A DNA stretch of 64,000 nt, taken from positions 1 to 64,000 of the forward strand of contig JBBISH010000010.1 of assembly GCA_037441385.1 (NCBI GenBank), read 5' to 3'. The position numbers were made by a program, and so were the translations under genes. Origin of the DNA: Myxococcales bacterium (GTDB lineage Bacteria; Myxococcota_A; UBA9042). Within the stretch, counting starts at the first letter, position 1. Every line of letters starts with the position of its first letter. Positions 55,517 to 64,000 of this stretch are shown here, one piece after another. Under the pieces are notes generated by a model. It searched no databases and was not told where the DNA came from. It was given only the letters and a program-made list of their open reading frames with translations.

Positions 55517-56203
55517 CTAGAACGACCATCCGTACGAGAACTGCAGCCACGGCAGCACCCGCGCCCGCGACACCTCGGGCCCCAAGGCAAAGTGCCGCGA
55601 GGTGCAGGTGCCGGCGCCGGGCGCGCCCTCCGTCACCGTGTCCACGCCGTCGCACAGCGCCGCCTGGCTGGTGGCCGTGTTCAGCATCCCGCCCGCGGCC
55701 ACGCGGATCAGACCGCCCCAGCCCCAGCGCACCTCCCACGCCGCGCCGGCGTGCAGCCACAGGGTGTAGAACACGTCCGAATCCGTAACGACCACGCTGT
55801 CTTTGCGCGGCACGGCCATGCCCACGGGCTTGCCGATGAGGCCGAGCGACGGCCCACCCTGCAGCACCAGCGCGTGGCGCAGGGAGCCAAAGATCGGCAG
55901 GTAGTACTTACCCTGCACCGCGATTTGCGTCCCGGTCGAGCCCAACCCGCCGCCCAGTTCCACCGCCCACAGCGACTTGGGCAGCGTATAACCCACGGAC
56001 ATACCAAAGAAACCCGTGGGTGCGCCCATGCCGCCGTCAAAGGTGATCGCCACCGGTCGGTTCACGAAGTTGGGGTAGGCCAGCGCAGCCTCGTCCGCCG
56101 CTTGGGCTGAGGCACCGGGCAAGCTCGTCGTCAGCGCCGCGGCCAGCCAAGCCAGGCGGGCCAGATGACGCGAAATCTGCGGCCGCACAGGGTGATTCTG
56201 CAT
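55517..56203 (-). CDS. Hypothetical small outer-membrane beta-barrel protein
   Basis: Signal peptide ending ASA; amphipathic strands; terminal FSYGWSF. Start uncertain. Confidence 0.7.
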   Translation of the reverse strand: MQNHPVRPQISRHLARLAWLAAALTTSLPGASAQAADEAALAYPNFVNRPVAITFDGGMGAPTGFFGMSVGYTLPKSLWAVELGGGLGSTGTQIAVQGKYYLPIFGSLRHALVLQGGPSLGLIGKPVGMAVPRKDSVVVTDSDVFYTLWLHAGAAWEVRWGWGGLIRVAAGGMLNTATSQAALCDGVDTVTEGAPGAGTCTSRHFALGPEVSRARVLPWLQFSYGWSF

Positions 56204-56429
56204 CTCGCCGTCCCGGGCCGCGTGGCGGCGGCCGTCGTGCAGGCTACGCACGCTCGCCGGCCGGAGCAAGCCGGGGACGGTCGGTCTGTATGCCACAGGA
56301 TTGTCTTGCCGGCACCGGCTGGCCTCGCCGCTGATTCGGCCGCGCCGCATACTTGCCACGCGCGCACGTGGACGGACTGCGATCGCCTTCGATCGCCGCC
56401 GCAGTGCGCCCAACCCCAAGGAGGTTCCG

Positions 56430-57263
56430 ATGTTCAAGCTCCTGTCGTCGATCGCGCTGGCGACTCTGGTGGGCGTGCTGGCCGCGCCGGCTGCGGCGGT
56501 CGAGGGCGACGGCGCGGGCTGCAGCGACCATCCCCTTTTCAGCCGGATGCCCAGCTACCTCATTCAACGCTGCGAGACGCGGGCCTTTGACCAGCACAGC
56601 TTCTGGGATGCCAAGCGCGCCGAGGTCAAGGTCGAAGGCAAGCTGTACGAGATCCGCTACGCGCGCGTGCCGGGCAGCGCCGACGTCACCCGCCTGCAGA
56701 TCCAGCGCAACTACCAGGCCGCGATCAGCAAGATCGGCGGCAGCCATTTGTCGACCGACGACGACGGCAACAGCTATCTGCGCCTGACCAAAGACGGCAA
56801 GGAACTGTGGGTGCACGTGGCGGCCTACATCCCCGACGAGTGGATGTTGACCATCGTGGAGCGCGAGGCGATGAAGCAAGACGTGGTCGCCGATGCGGCG
56901 GCACTGGCGGGCGGACTGCGCGGCGAGGGCCACGTGGCGGTGTACGGCCTCTTGTTCGACACGGGCAAGGCCGAACTGAAGCCGGCGTCCGATGCCGCGC
57001 TGGTCGAGGTGGCCAAGTTGCTCAAGGCGGACATGGGGTTGCGTCTGCACGTCGTCGGCCACACCGACAACGTCGGCGAGTTCGAGGCCAATCAGAAACT
57101 CTCGCAAGCGCGCGCGGCGGCGGTCGTGGCCGCCTTGGTCGGCAAGCACGGCATCGCGGCGGCGCGGCTGCAGGCCCACGGCGTGGGATCGTTGGCGCCC
57201 GTGGCCAGCAACGACAGCGAGGCCGGCCGGGCCAAGAACCGCCGGGTCGAGCTGGTCAAGTAG
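56430..57263 (+). CDS. OmpA-family peptidoglycan-binding protein (DUF4892-like N-terminus)
   Basis: AAGGAGG RBS; DHPLFSRMP, FDTGKA, GHTD, NQKLSQARA and NRRVEL motifs. Confidence 0.92.
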   Translation: MFKLLSSIALATLVGVLAAPAAAVEGDGAGCSDHPLFSRMPSYLIQRCETRAFDQHSFWDAKRAEVKVEGKLYEIRYARVPGSADVTRLQIQRNYQAAISKIGGSHLSTDDDGNSYLRLTKDGKELWVHVAAYIPDEWMLTIVEREAMKQDVVADAAALAGGLRGEGHVAVYGLLFDTGKAELKPASDAALVEVAKLLKADMGLRLHVVGHTDNVGEFEANQKLSQARAAAVVAALVGKHGIAAARLQAHGVGSLAPVASNDSEAGRAKNRRVELVK

Positions 57264-57303
57264 CTGCGAGCCTCACGTAACCACAGACGATTCAACGAAC
57301 GGG

Positions 57304-57873
57304 CTACTGCGGACTCCGCCGCGCCTTGATCTTGCGCAGCGCCGCTTCGACCCGTGGTCGTTCCCGCACGGACTCCACCGAATTGTCCGCAGTGAACTGC
57401 CAGGTGCCGGGCCCACCCATCAGCATCACGATGCGCGCCGGCTCCTTGGGCGGACGGTCGTACGGGTACGACGGCGAATACTCGCGGTAGATCGGGATCT
57501 TGTTCACGCCCTCGACGTAGTAGCGCCGGTGCACGTCTAGGTGCATTTGCCACTCGGCCGCGTCCAACTCTAGCACTTGGCCGACCAGGGCCGGCGCGCC
57601 CAGCAGCACCTCTTGCACCAGCCAGCGCTGCCGATGGCGCTTGTATGGCGGATACTTCTCTGGATCTGGGTGCTTGCCGTTTGGCGTGATGTCGATGGCG
57701 TCGACGCGCTGGCTGGGCGTGGCGGGCACGGCGAGCACCACGGCGGACGAAGCCTCGAGCACCACTTCCAGCGGCATGTCTTCGCGGCCTTGGCTGGCCT
57801 GGACGGAGGCTGGCTCGACCGCGGCCAGGGTCAGCAAGACAGCGGCGGCGAGCAGGTGGCGGTGCAGGGGCAT
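57304..57873 (-). CDS. Hypothetical secreted protein
   Basis: GAGGT RBS then ATG 57873; signal peptide ending VQA. Confidence 0.75.
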   Translation of the reverse strand: MPLHRHLLAAAVLLTLAAVEPASVQASQGREDMPLEVVLEASSAVVLAVPATPSQRVDAIDITPNGKHPDPEKYPPYKRHRQRWLVQEVLLGAPALVGQVLELDAAEWQMHLDVHRRYYVEGVNKIPIYREYSPSYPYDRPPKEPARIVMLMGGPGTWQFTADNSVESVRERPRVEAALRKIKARRSPQ

Positions 57874-58221
57874 GGAAACCTCGGATGGTGCAAGGTGACG
57901 GTTGGGGAGTATAGCCGATTTTGCAGGGGGTGCACGCTGGGCCGGGTCGGAAATGTCCGCGCGTCTCGCCGGTTCAGGCTCAGGTTCAGGTTCGGGCCCC
58001 GCGGCGCGCCCCCCTTTGCCTACTGAAAAGGCTAGTACTACAAACCATTCGAGAGGCCCAACCCTGAACGAACTTCGGGTCTGTAATTCTAGCTGACTCC
58101 GCGGGACACGCTCCCATGACTGCAATGCCCCCCGAGCCGGTCTGGTTTTCGACCGCTCTGTGCTATGCTCGCTACGAAATCGGCTGGCTCGCTCGCCGTG
58201 CAAAGCCCAGAGGCCCCCACC

Positions 58222-58584
58222 ATGATTGAAGAATTTATTGACCTGAACGCGCTTCGCGGCCAATACGCCATGCGGCCCGCCTTTGTGATCCGACTGCTGA
58301 CGCTCATGCACAAGAGCCATGCCGAGACCCCGGCTCGCCTCCGCATGGCCGTGGATACGGCCGACCTCGCTACCCTGGCGGCCGAGGCGCATCGCCTCAA
58401 GGGCGTGCTGGGGAACCTCTACGCGACCCCGAAGCTGCTGTGCATCATCGAGATCGAGCGGCTGGCCAAGGCGGGGGACTCGGCCGCGTTGCCGCAAGCC
58501 GCCGCCTATGCCCAAACGCTCGACGCGTTCCTGGCGGCGCTCGACAGCTACGTGGCCGATCAGGGTCCGCAAGCCGCTTCGTAG
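58222..58584 (+). CDS. Stand-alone Hpt phosphotransfer protein
   Basis: AHRLKG motif in a helical domain of about 120 aa. Confidence 0.88.
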   Translation: MIEEFIDLNALRGQYAMRPAFVIRLLTLMHKSHAETPARLRMAVDTADLATLAAEAHRLKGVLGNLYATPKLLCIIEIERLAKAGDSAALPQAAAYAQTLDAFLAALDSYVADQGPQAAS

Positions 58585-59092
58585 GCAAAGAATTTCAAGG
58601 ATTGCCAAAGGGGGCGCGCAGCGACCGATCTCCTGCAATGCCTCGCCGTACGATCGTCGCGGTTCGGGGCCGACCCAAACGAATCGGGCCTTTGGCGGGC
58701 CGCCAAACTCCACAAGCTGACCGAATTCGAAGATCAAGGTCAGGGTCGGCAACGAGCGATTTCTTGGCTCGGCAACCCCGGCGTCGCCCATAGAAGTCGT
58801 TGAAAAGGCCAGGAAGACGTCGACGTTGACGGCGGTTTGTGACCGGCGTAGGCTCAATTAACCGGGTCGGAATGTCCGGTCCAGGTCGGGAATGCTGACG
58901 TGCGGTGGCATGGCCAGGGGGGGCATGCAGAACCCGCTCAACTTCGCTGCAGATTCGCGCTGTCCTTTCTCGGGCCGGTCCTGGTCAGAGTGCAGGCACC
59001 ACCGGTGACTGCCCAGTCCAGGCCGCCCGGAGGCTGGCGCGAAAGGCACTTGCCAACCCAAATCCACCGGGGAATCCGGGCGCTCGATCACC

Positions 59093-61363
59093 ATGAAATC
59101 AAACTCGATCGAAATCTTCCCGTGGGACGACAATTTCAATACTGGCTTGCCCCAGATCGACGAACAGCATCGCCAGCTTGTGCATTTGCTCAATCTGTTG
59201 GCAAGTCACGTGGCGTACAGCGCGGACGCGCGCGTCTTGGGGCAGATCTTCGACCAGCTGACTGAGCACGCAACCCAGCACTTTGCGGTCGAGGAAGCCC
59301 TGTGGCACGAGCTGCTTGCGGGGGATATCGCCGAGCAGGAGCACCGCGCCACCCACCAGACCATGGCGCAGCAAGTTGCCGACTTTCGGGGCTTGCTGGG
59401 CGGGCGACCACTCCAAGAAGTTGCCGAAGAGATTCTCCGTTTCTTGGCCAATTGGCTGGCCTCGCACATCTTGGACAGCGACCGCTACCTCGCCACTTTG
59501 GTGTTGGCTTGCCGCCAGGGGCTGTCGCGCGAGGCCGCCGAGATGCGCGCTCAGGAGCAGACGACCGGCGCCGGGCGAGAGCTTGCCTCAGCCATTCGCT
59601 CCATCTACGCAACGTTGGCGGCCAACACGCTGCACCTGATGCACGAGCTGGCCGAACATCGCAAGGACAAGCAGGAATTGCTGCTTTCGCGCACGGCGCT
59701 GCAAGCAAGCGAGGCCAACCTTCAGGCCTTCTTCGATACGGTGGATGATCTGCTGTTCGTGTTCGACCAGTCCGGTCGAATTCTCCAGATCAACCAGGCG
59801 GCTGTGCGGCGACTGGGCTATCCTGCGTGCCAGCTGATCGGCCGCGAAGCGGTCGAATTGCACCCGCAAGAGCGGCGCGACGAGGCCAGGCGCATCACCG
59901 CGGACCTCCTCGCCGGCACGTGCGAGGTCTGTCACATCCCGCTGCAAACGGCGAACGGCGAGCTGATCCCGGTAGAGACGCGACTCGCCCAAGGTCTGTG
60001 GAACGGCCAACCGGCGGTGTTTGGTGTGAGCCGCGACGTCAGCGAGCGGGACCGGGTCCAACGGCTTGCCGCCAAACAAGCCCGGCTGCTCGAACAGTAC
60101 TTTGACCACGCCCTGATCGCCCTGGCGCTGCTGGACCGCAACTTCAATTTTGTCCGGGTCAACGCCGTCTATGCCCAGGCCGATGACCGCGATGTGGCGG
60201 ATTTTCCTGGTCACAACCACTTCGACTTCTACCCCTCGGAAGCCAGGGACCTGTTCGAAGCGGCGGTTCGGACCAAGCAGCCGTTCCAGTCCAAGGCGCG
60301 GCCCTTTGAGTATGCGGACCATCCCGAGCGCGGCGTGTCGTATTGGGACATTGCGCTGATGCCGCTTTTGGATCCCCACGGCGAGGTGGAGCACCTGCTG
60401 CTGTCGCTGCACGATGTGACCGAGCAGAAACGCGCGGAGCAGGTGGCCAGGCAAAGCGCGGCGCGGTACCGCAGCTTGGTGGATCACCTGCCTATGCTGG
60501 TCTGGCAGAAGGATGTCGACGGGGTCTTTGTCACGTGCAATCGCGGATATGCCGCGGCCTTTGGCCGGGAGCCCGAGGACATGGTCGGCCACACCGATCG
60601 CGATTTCTACTCCGCCGATTTGGCAGAGCAATTCCGCGTGACCGACCAACGGGTCATGGAGGACGGCTCGACTGACGTCTTTGAGGGGCCCTGGATGTTG
60701 CGTGGGGAGCTGCGCTGGCTGCGGTCGACCAAGCTGCGTTTGATCGACGATCAGGGCAAGGTTTACGGCACCTTGGGCTTTGCTCAGGATCTCACCGATC
60801 GCAAAGAGCAAGAAGTCGAGCGCGATCAGACCCTGGCGCTGCTGCAGACCGTGATCGAGCACGTGCCAGTACGCATCTTCTGGAAGGATCGCAAGCTGAA
60901 CTACTTGGGCTGCAACCCACTTTTTGCCCGCGACGCCGGTCGGCAGCGCCCCGCCGACATGGTCGGTCAAGACGACCTTCATATGGGCTGGGCTCACGAA
61001 GCCGAACTGTATCGGGCCGACGATCGCCACGTGATCGAGACGGGCACGGCTCGCATCAATTTCGAGGAGCCCCAGACCAGGCCCGATGGCTCGACCGTTT
61101 GGCTGCGCACCTCCAAAGTGCCCCTGCGCGACGGCAAGGGTGACGTCTTTGGCGTGTTGGGCCTGTACGACGACATCACGGCGCAAAAGCAGGCTGAGGA
61201 ACAGATGCGTAGTCAATTCGACGAGTTGCGTCGCTGGCAAGATGTGATGCTCGACCGCGAGGAACGCATCTTGGATGTGAAGCGCGAGGTCAACGAACTG
61301 CTGGCGCGCCTTGGCGAACCGCCTCGCTATGCCAGCGCCGTGGACGGAAAGGACGAGCCATGA
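59093..61363 (+). CDS. Bacteriohemerythrin plus four PAS domains, no catalytic output domain
   Basis: IDEQH, HFAVEE, HRATH and WLASHILDSD iron-ligand motifs; PAS/PAC repeats; C-terminal coiled coil. Confidence 0.92.
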   Translation: MKSNSIEIFPWDDNFNTGLPQIDEQHRQLVHLLNLLASHVAYSADARVLGQIFDQLTEHATQHFAVEEALWHELLAGDIAEQEHRATHQTMAQQVADFRGLLGGRPLQEVAEEILRFLANWLASHILDSDRYLATLVLACRQGLSREAAEMRAQEQTTGAGRELASAIRSIYATLAANTLHLMHELAEHRKDKQELLLSRTALQASEANLQAFFDTVDDLLFVFDQSGRILQINQAAVRRLGYPACQLIGREAVELHPQERRDEARRITADLLAGTCEVCHIPLQTANGELIPVETRLAQGLWNGQPAVFGVSRDVSERDRVQRLAAKQARLLEQYFDHALIALALLDRNFNFVRVNAVYAQADDRDVADFPGHNHFDFYPSEARDLFEAAVRTKQPFQSKARPFEYADHPERGVSYWDIALMPLLDPHGEVEHLLLSLHDVTEQKRAEQVARQSAARYRSLVDHLPMLVWQKDVDGVFVTCNRGYAAAFGREPEDMVGHTDRDFYSADLAEQFRVTDQRVMEDGSTDVFEGPWMLRGELRWLRSTKLRLIDDQGKVYGTLGFAQDLTDRKEQEVERDQTLALLQTVIEHVPVRIFWKDRKLNYLGCNPLFARDAGRQRPADMVGQDDLHMGWAHEAELYRADDRHVIETGTARINFEEPQTRPDGSTVWLRTSKVPLRDGKGDVFGVLGLYDDITAQKQAEEQMRSQFDELRRWQDVMLDREERILDVKREVNELLARLGEPPRYASAVDGKDEP

Positions 61364-64000
61364 CGGCCCACGCGCCTGCCGCAGACCCAGGTCAACGGGC
61401 GGACACCCCGTGCAGCATCCACGACTTGCTGGACCTCGACCGTCTGCGCAGCGCGTTCGAGCGCTTTGAGCGCGTCACGGGACTGGCTGTATCCCTAGAG
61501 GATCATCCGGCCGGGAACGTCGTGATCGCCACCGGCGCGCGCGGGCCCATGCAATGCGCTGTGCCGATTGTCCTTGCCGGCACGCAGCTGGCCAACTTGG
61601 TCACCAGCCAACCGCTGGCGCGCGCCACCTCTGTTCAAAGCCAAGGCCCGCGCGACGGGTGGCAGAAAGAGGCCACTGACTTCTTGCGCGACATGGCGCA
61701 GGTGCTGATCGAGCAGTGCCAAAACACGTTGAATCAGAACAGGAAGATCGCCGATCAAGAGCGAGCGACCGCGGCGTTGCGCAGTGCCGAAGAGAAGTAC
61801 CACTTCTTGGTCGAAAACGTGAACGACGCCGTGTTGGTGCACGGGGTTGAAGAGGATGGCAGCCCGGGGCCGTTCTTCATGGTCAACGAGCCGGCCTGCC
61901 AACTGCTCGGCCATACCCGCGAGGAACTGGCGCAGTTGACGCCGAGCGAGCTGAACGACCCGGCGCACCTTGGGCACATCCCCGAGGTGATGCAGCAACT
62001 CCACTCTACCGGCCACGCCCTGTTCGAGACGGTGGTCGTGCGCAAGGGCGGGCAGCGCATTCCCGTCGAGATCAACACCCGGCTGTTCGCGATGTACCAG
62101 CCGCCGCGGATCTTGTCGGTCATGCGCGACATCAGCGACCGCAAGCGCACCGAGGAGGCGCTGCACTGGGCCAAGGCCGAGTCGGACCGGATGCGCCGCA
62201 GCGCGTTGTCGATGCTGGAGGATCAGCGCCGCGCCGACCAAGAGATTCGCCGGTTGCTGGCCGAGGCCGGCGAGCGCGAGTTCTTCCTTCGGCAAAGCCA
62301 GCAAGTGGGGCAGATCGGTGGCTGGCGGGCCGATCCCGTGCGCAACACCTCGACGTGGACCGAGGGCGTGTACGAAATCGTGGAGATGCCCACCCACTAC
62401 GAGCCCGACCTGGCCACCGCGCTGAACGTCTACCTGCCCGAGTCGCGGGCCAAGGTGGTCGCGAACTTGCACCAGACGCTGGCGACCGGCGAGCCCTTCA
62501 GTATCCGCGTCCAGGTGCGGGGTGCCCGATCGCAAACCGACAAGTGGACCGAGCTGCGCGGTCAGGCGCATCGCGATGCCAAGGGCGCCATCGACTATGT
62601 CATGGGCACCATCCAGGACGTTACGGAGCGCCAGCAAATCGAAGACCGGCTACAAGAGAACCTGGCTTTCAACGCCTCGCTCATCCAGACCATGGTGGAT
62701 GGCATTGCGGTCTACCGCGGCATCACGACCGCTCCGTACGTCGAATTCTCGGTGTGGAATCCGGCGATGGAGAAGCTCACCGGCTACAGCATCGATGACA
62801 TCAATCGGCTGGGCTGGTACCAAACCGTCTATAGCGATCCCGAGGTGCAAGAGCGAGCCAAGAACCGCATGGAGCGCATGCGCCTGGGCGACAACCTGGA
62901 CCACGAGGAATGGACCATCACCCGCAAGGACGGCGCCAAACGCACGGTAGAAATCACCACGATTGTGCTTGCCCCGGTCGGCGACACCGCGCATAGCATG
63001 GCGGTGATGCGCGACATGACCGACCGCCGCCGCATCGAGACGGAACTGGCCAAGTACCGCCACAACCTGGAAGAACTGGTGGCCAAGCGCACGGCCGAAC
63101 TGGCCCAGAACCAGTTCGCCCTGGACCGCGTGGGCATCGCCGTCGCCTGGAGCGATACGACGACCGGGCACTTTATCTACGCCAACGACGAAATGTGCCG
63201 CTTGCTGGGCTATGATCGCGACGCCCTGTTGCTGCTGAATGTCTTTGACGTCGATGCGCAATTCCCGCCCGCCGCCATGCCGGCCCTTGCTGCCGACATG
63301 CGGGCCAGTCAGTCGGTCGTCCACGTCGAGTCGACGATGCGCCGCAAAGATGGCAGTACGTTCCCCGCTGAGATTACGGTCTACCTTAGTCAACGGGCCG
63401 ACAGCGGCGAGTGCTTCATCGCCTTTATCCGCGACATCAGCGAACGCAAGCGGGTCGAGCAGAAACTCACCGAGGCCAAGCAAGCGGCCGAAGCCGCCAC
63501 CATTGCCAAGAGCGCCTTCCTGGCCAACATGAGCCACGAGATTCGGACCCCGCTCAACGGGATCCTGGGCATGGCGCACTTGATTCGGCGCGGCGGGCTG
63601 ACGCCCGAGCAGACCCGACGCATGGACACCCTGCAGTCGTCCAGCGACCTTTTGCTCAACATCATCAACGCGATCCTCGAACTCTCGAAGATCGAGGCCG
63701 GCAAGTTTGAATTGGACGAAGCCGGCGTCCGGCTGGAAAGCTTGGTCCACAACGTCGCATCGATCCTGTACGAGCGCGTCCAGGCCAAGCACCTGGAATT
63801 GCGCATCGAGATTGGCAACCTGCCGGCCAACTTGCTGGGCGATGCCACCCGCATCCAGCAGGCCCTGCTCAACTTTGGCAGCAACGCGGTCAAGTTCACC
63901 GAGTCCGGCACCATTTGGCTACGGGCTGGGCAGGTCGAGGCCGACGACACCAGCGCCCTGATCCGCTTCGAGGTGCAGGACACGGGCATTGGCATCGCTC
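61360..64000 (+). CDS. Multi-PAS sensor histidine kinase with truncated PocR-like domain (3' truncated by window edge)
   Basis: ATGA overlap at 61360; frame open to the end of the window; FLANMSHEIRTPLN, GDATRIQQALLNFGSNAVKFT and DTGIG motifs. Absent from the ORF track because there is no stop in the window. Confidence 0.92.
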   Translation, partial: MTAHAPAADPGQRADTPCSIHDLLDLDRLRSAFERFERVTGLAVSLEDHPAGNVVIATGARGPMQCAVPIVLAGTQLANLVTSQPLARATSVQSQGPRDGWQKEATDFLRDMAQVLIEQCQNTLNQNRKIADQERATAALRSAEEKYHFLVENVNDAVLVHGVEEDGSPGPFFMVNEPACQLLGHTREELAQLTPSELNDPAHLGHIPEVMQQLHSTGHALFETVVVRKGGQRIPVEINTRLFAMYQPPRILSVMRDISDRKRTEEALHWAKAESDRMRRSALSMLEDQRRADQEIRRLLAEAGEREFFLRQSQQVGQIGGWRADPVRNTSTWTEGVYEIVEMPTHYEPDLATALNVYLPESRAKVVANLHQTLATGEPFSIRVQVRGARSQTDKWTELRGQAHRDAKGAIDYVMGTIQDVTERQQIEDRLQENLAFNASLIQTMVDGIAVYRGITTAPYVEFSVWNPAMEKLTGYSIDDINRLGWYQTVYSDPEVQERAKNRMERMRLGDNLDHEEWTITRKDGAKRTVEITTIVLAPVGDTAHSMAVMRDMTDRRRIETELAKYRHNLEELVAKRTAELAQNQFALDRVGIAVAWSDTTTGHFIYANDEMCRLLGYDRDALLLLNVFDVDAQFPPAAMPALAADMRASQSVVHVESTMRRKDGSTFPAEITVYLSQRADSGECFIAFIRDISERKRVEQKLTEAKQAAEAATIAKSAFLANMSHEIRTPLNGILGMAHLIRRGGLTPEQTRRMDTLQSSSDLLLNIINAILELSKIEAGKFELDEAGVRLESLVHNVASILYERVQAKHLELRIEIGNLPANLLGDATRIQQALLNFGSNAVKFTESGTIWLRAGQVEADDTSALIRFEVQDTGIGIA

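Noticed and set aside
58585..58857. Coding-like minus-strand stretch (VNVDVFLAF...FEFGQLVEFG)
   Set aside because: It runs into the Hpt gene with no recognisable family; cannot be supported as a gene.

Overview
High-GC bacterial DNA, most likely Myxococcota or a related deltaproteobacterium. This is inferred from the many Cys-rich lipoproteins with CDDGNPCT repeats, the Ser/Thr kinase and the DUF2330 and vWA lipoproteins. About 42 genes and 2 pseudogenes are supported. Recognisable genes include a CheB-CheR-PAS hybrid kinase, korAB, a DEAD-box helicase, an MCE ABC operon, a class III cyclase, a sigma54-type VIT/vWA lipoprotein operon, patatin, gloA, an OmpA protein and a hemerythrin-PAS/Hpt/kinase signalling cluster at the right end. 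No rRNA, tRNA or CRISPR array was seen. Three signals stand out. (1) A 132-bp structured MITE-like element is present 7 times, with imperfect 19-bp terminal inverted repeats and 3-bp target duplications; its 135-bp insertion keeps the reading frame, and one copy is translated inside the Ser/Thr kinase. (2) In the MCE operon the PqiC-like lipoprotein is fused to a predicted outer-membrane barrel. (3) A three-gene HTH-PIN-AbiJ/HEPN cassette is a candidate defence module. All family assignments come from motif recognition by eye, not from database searches.
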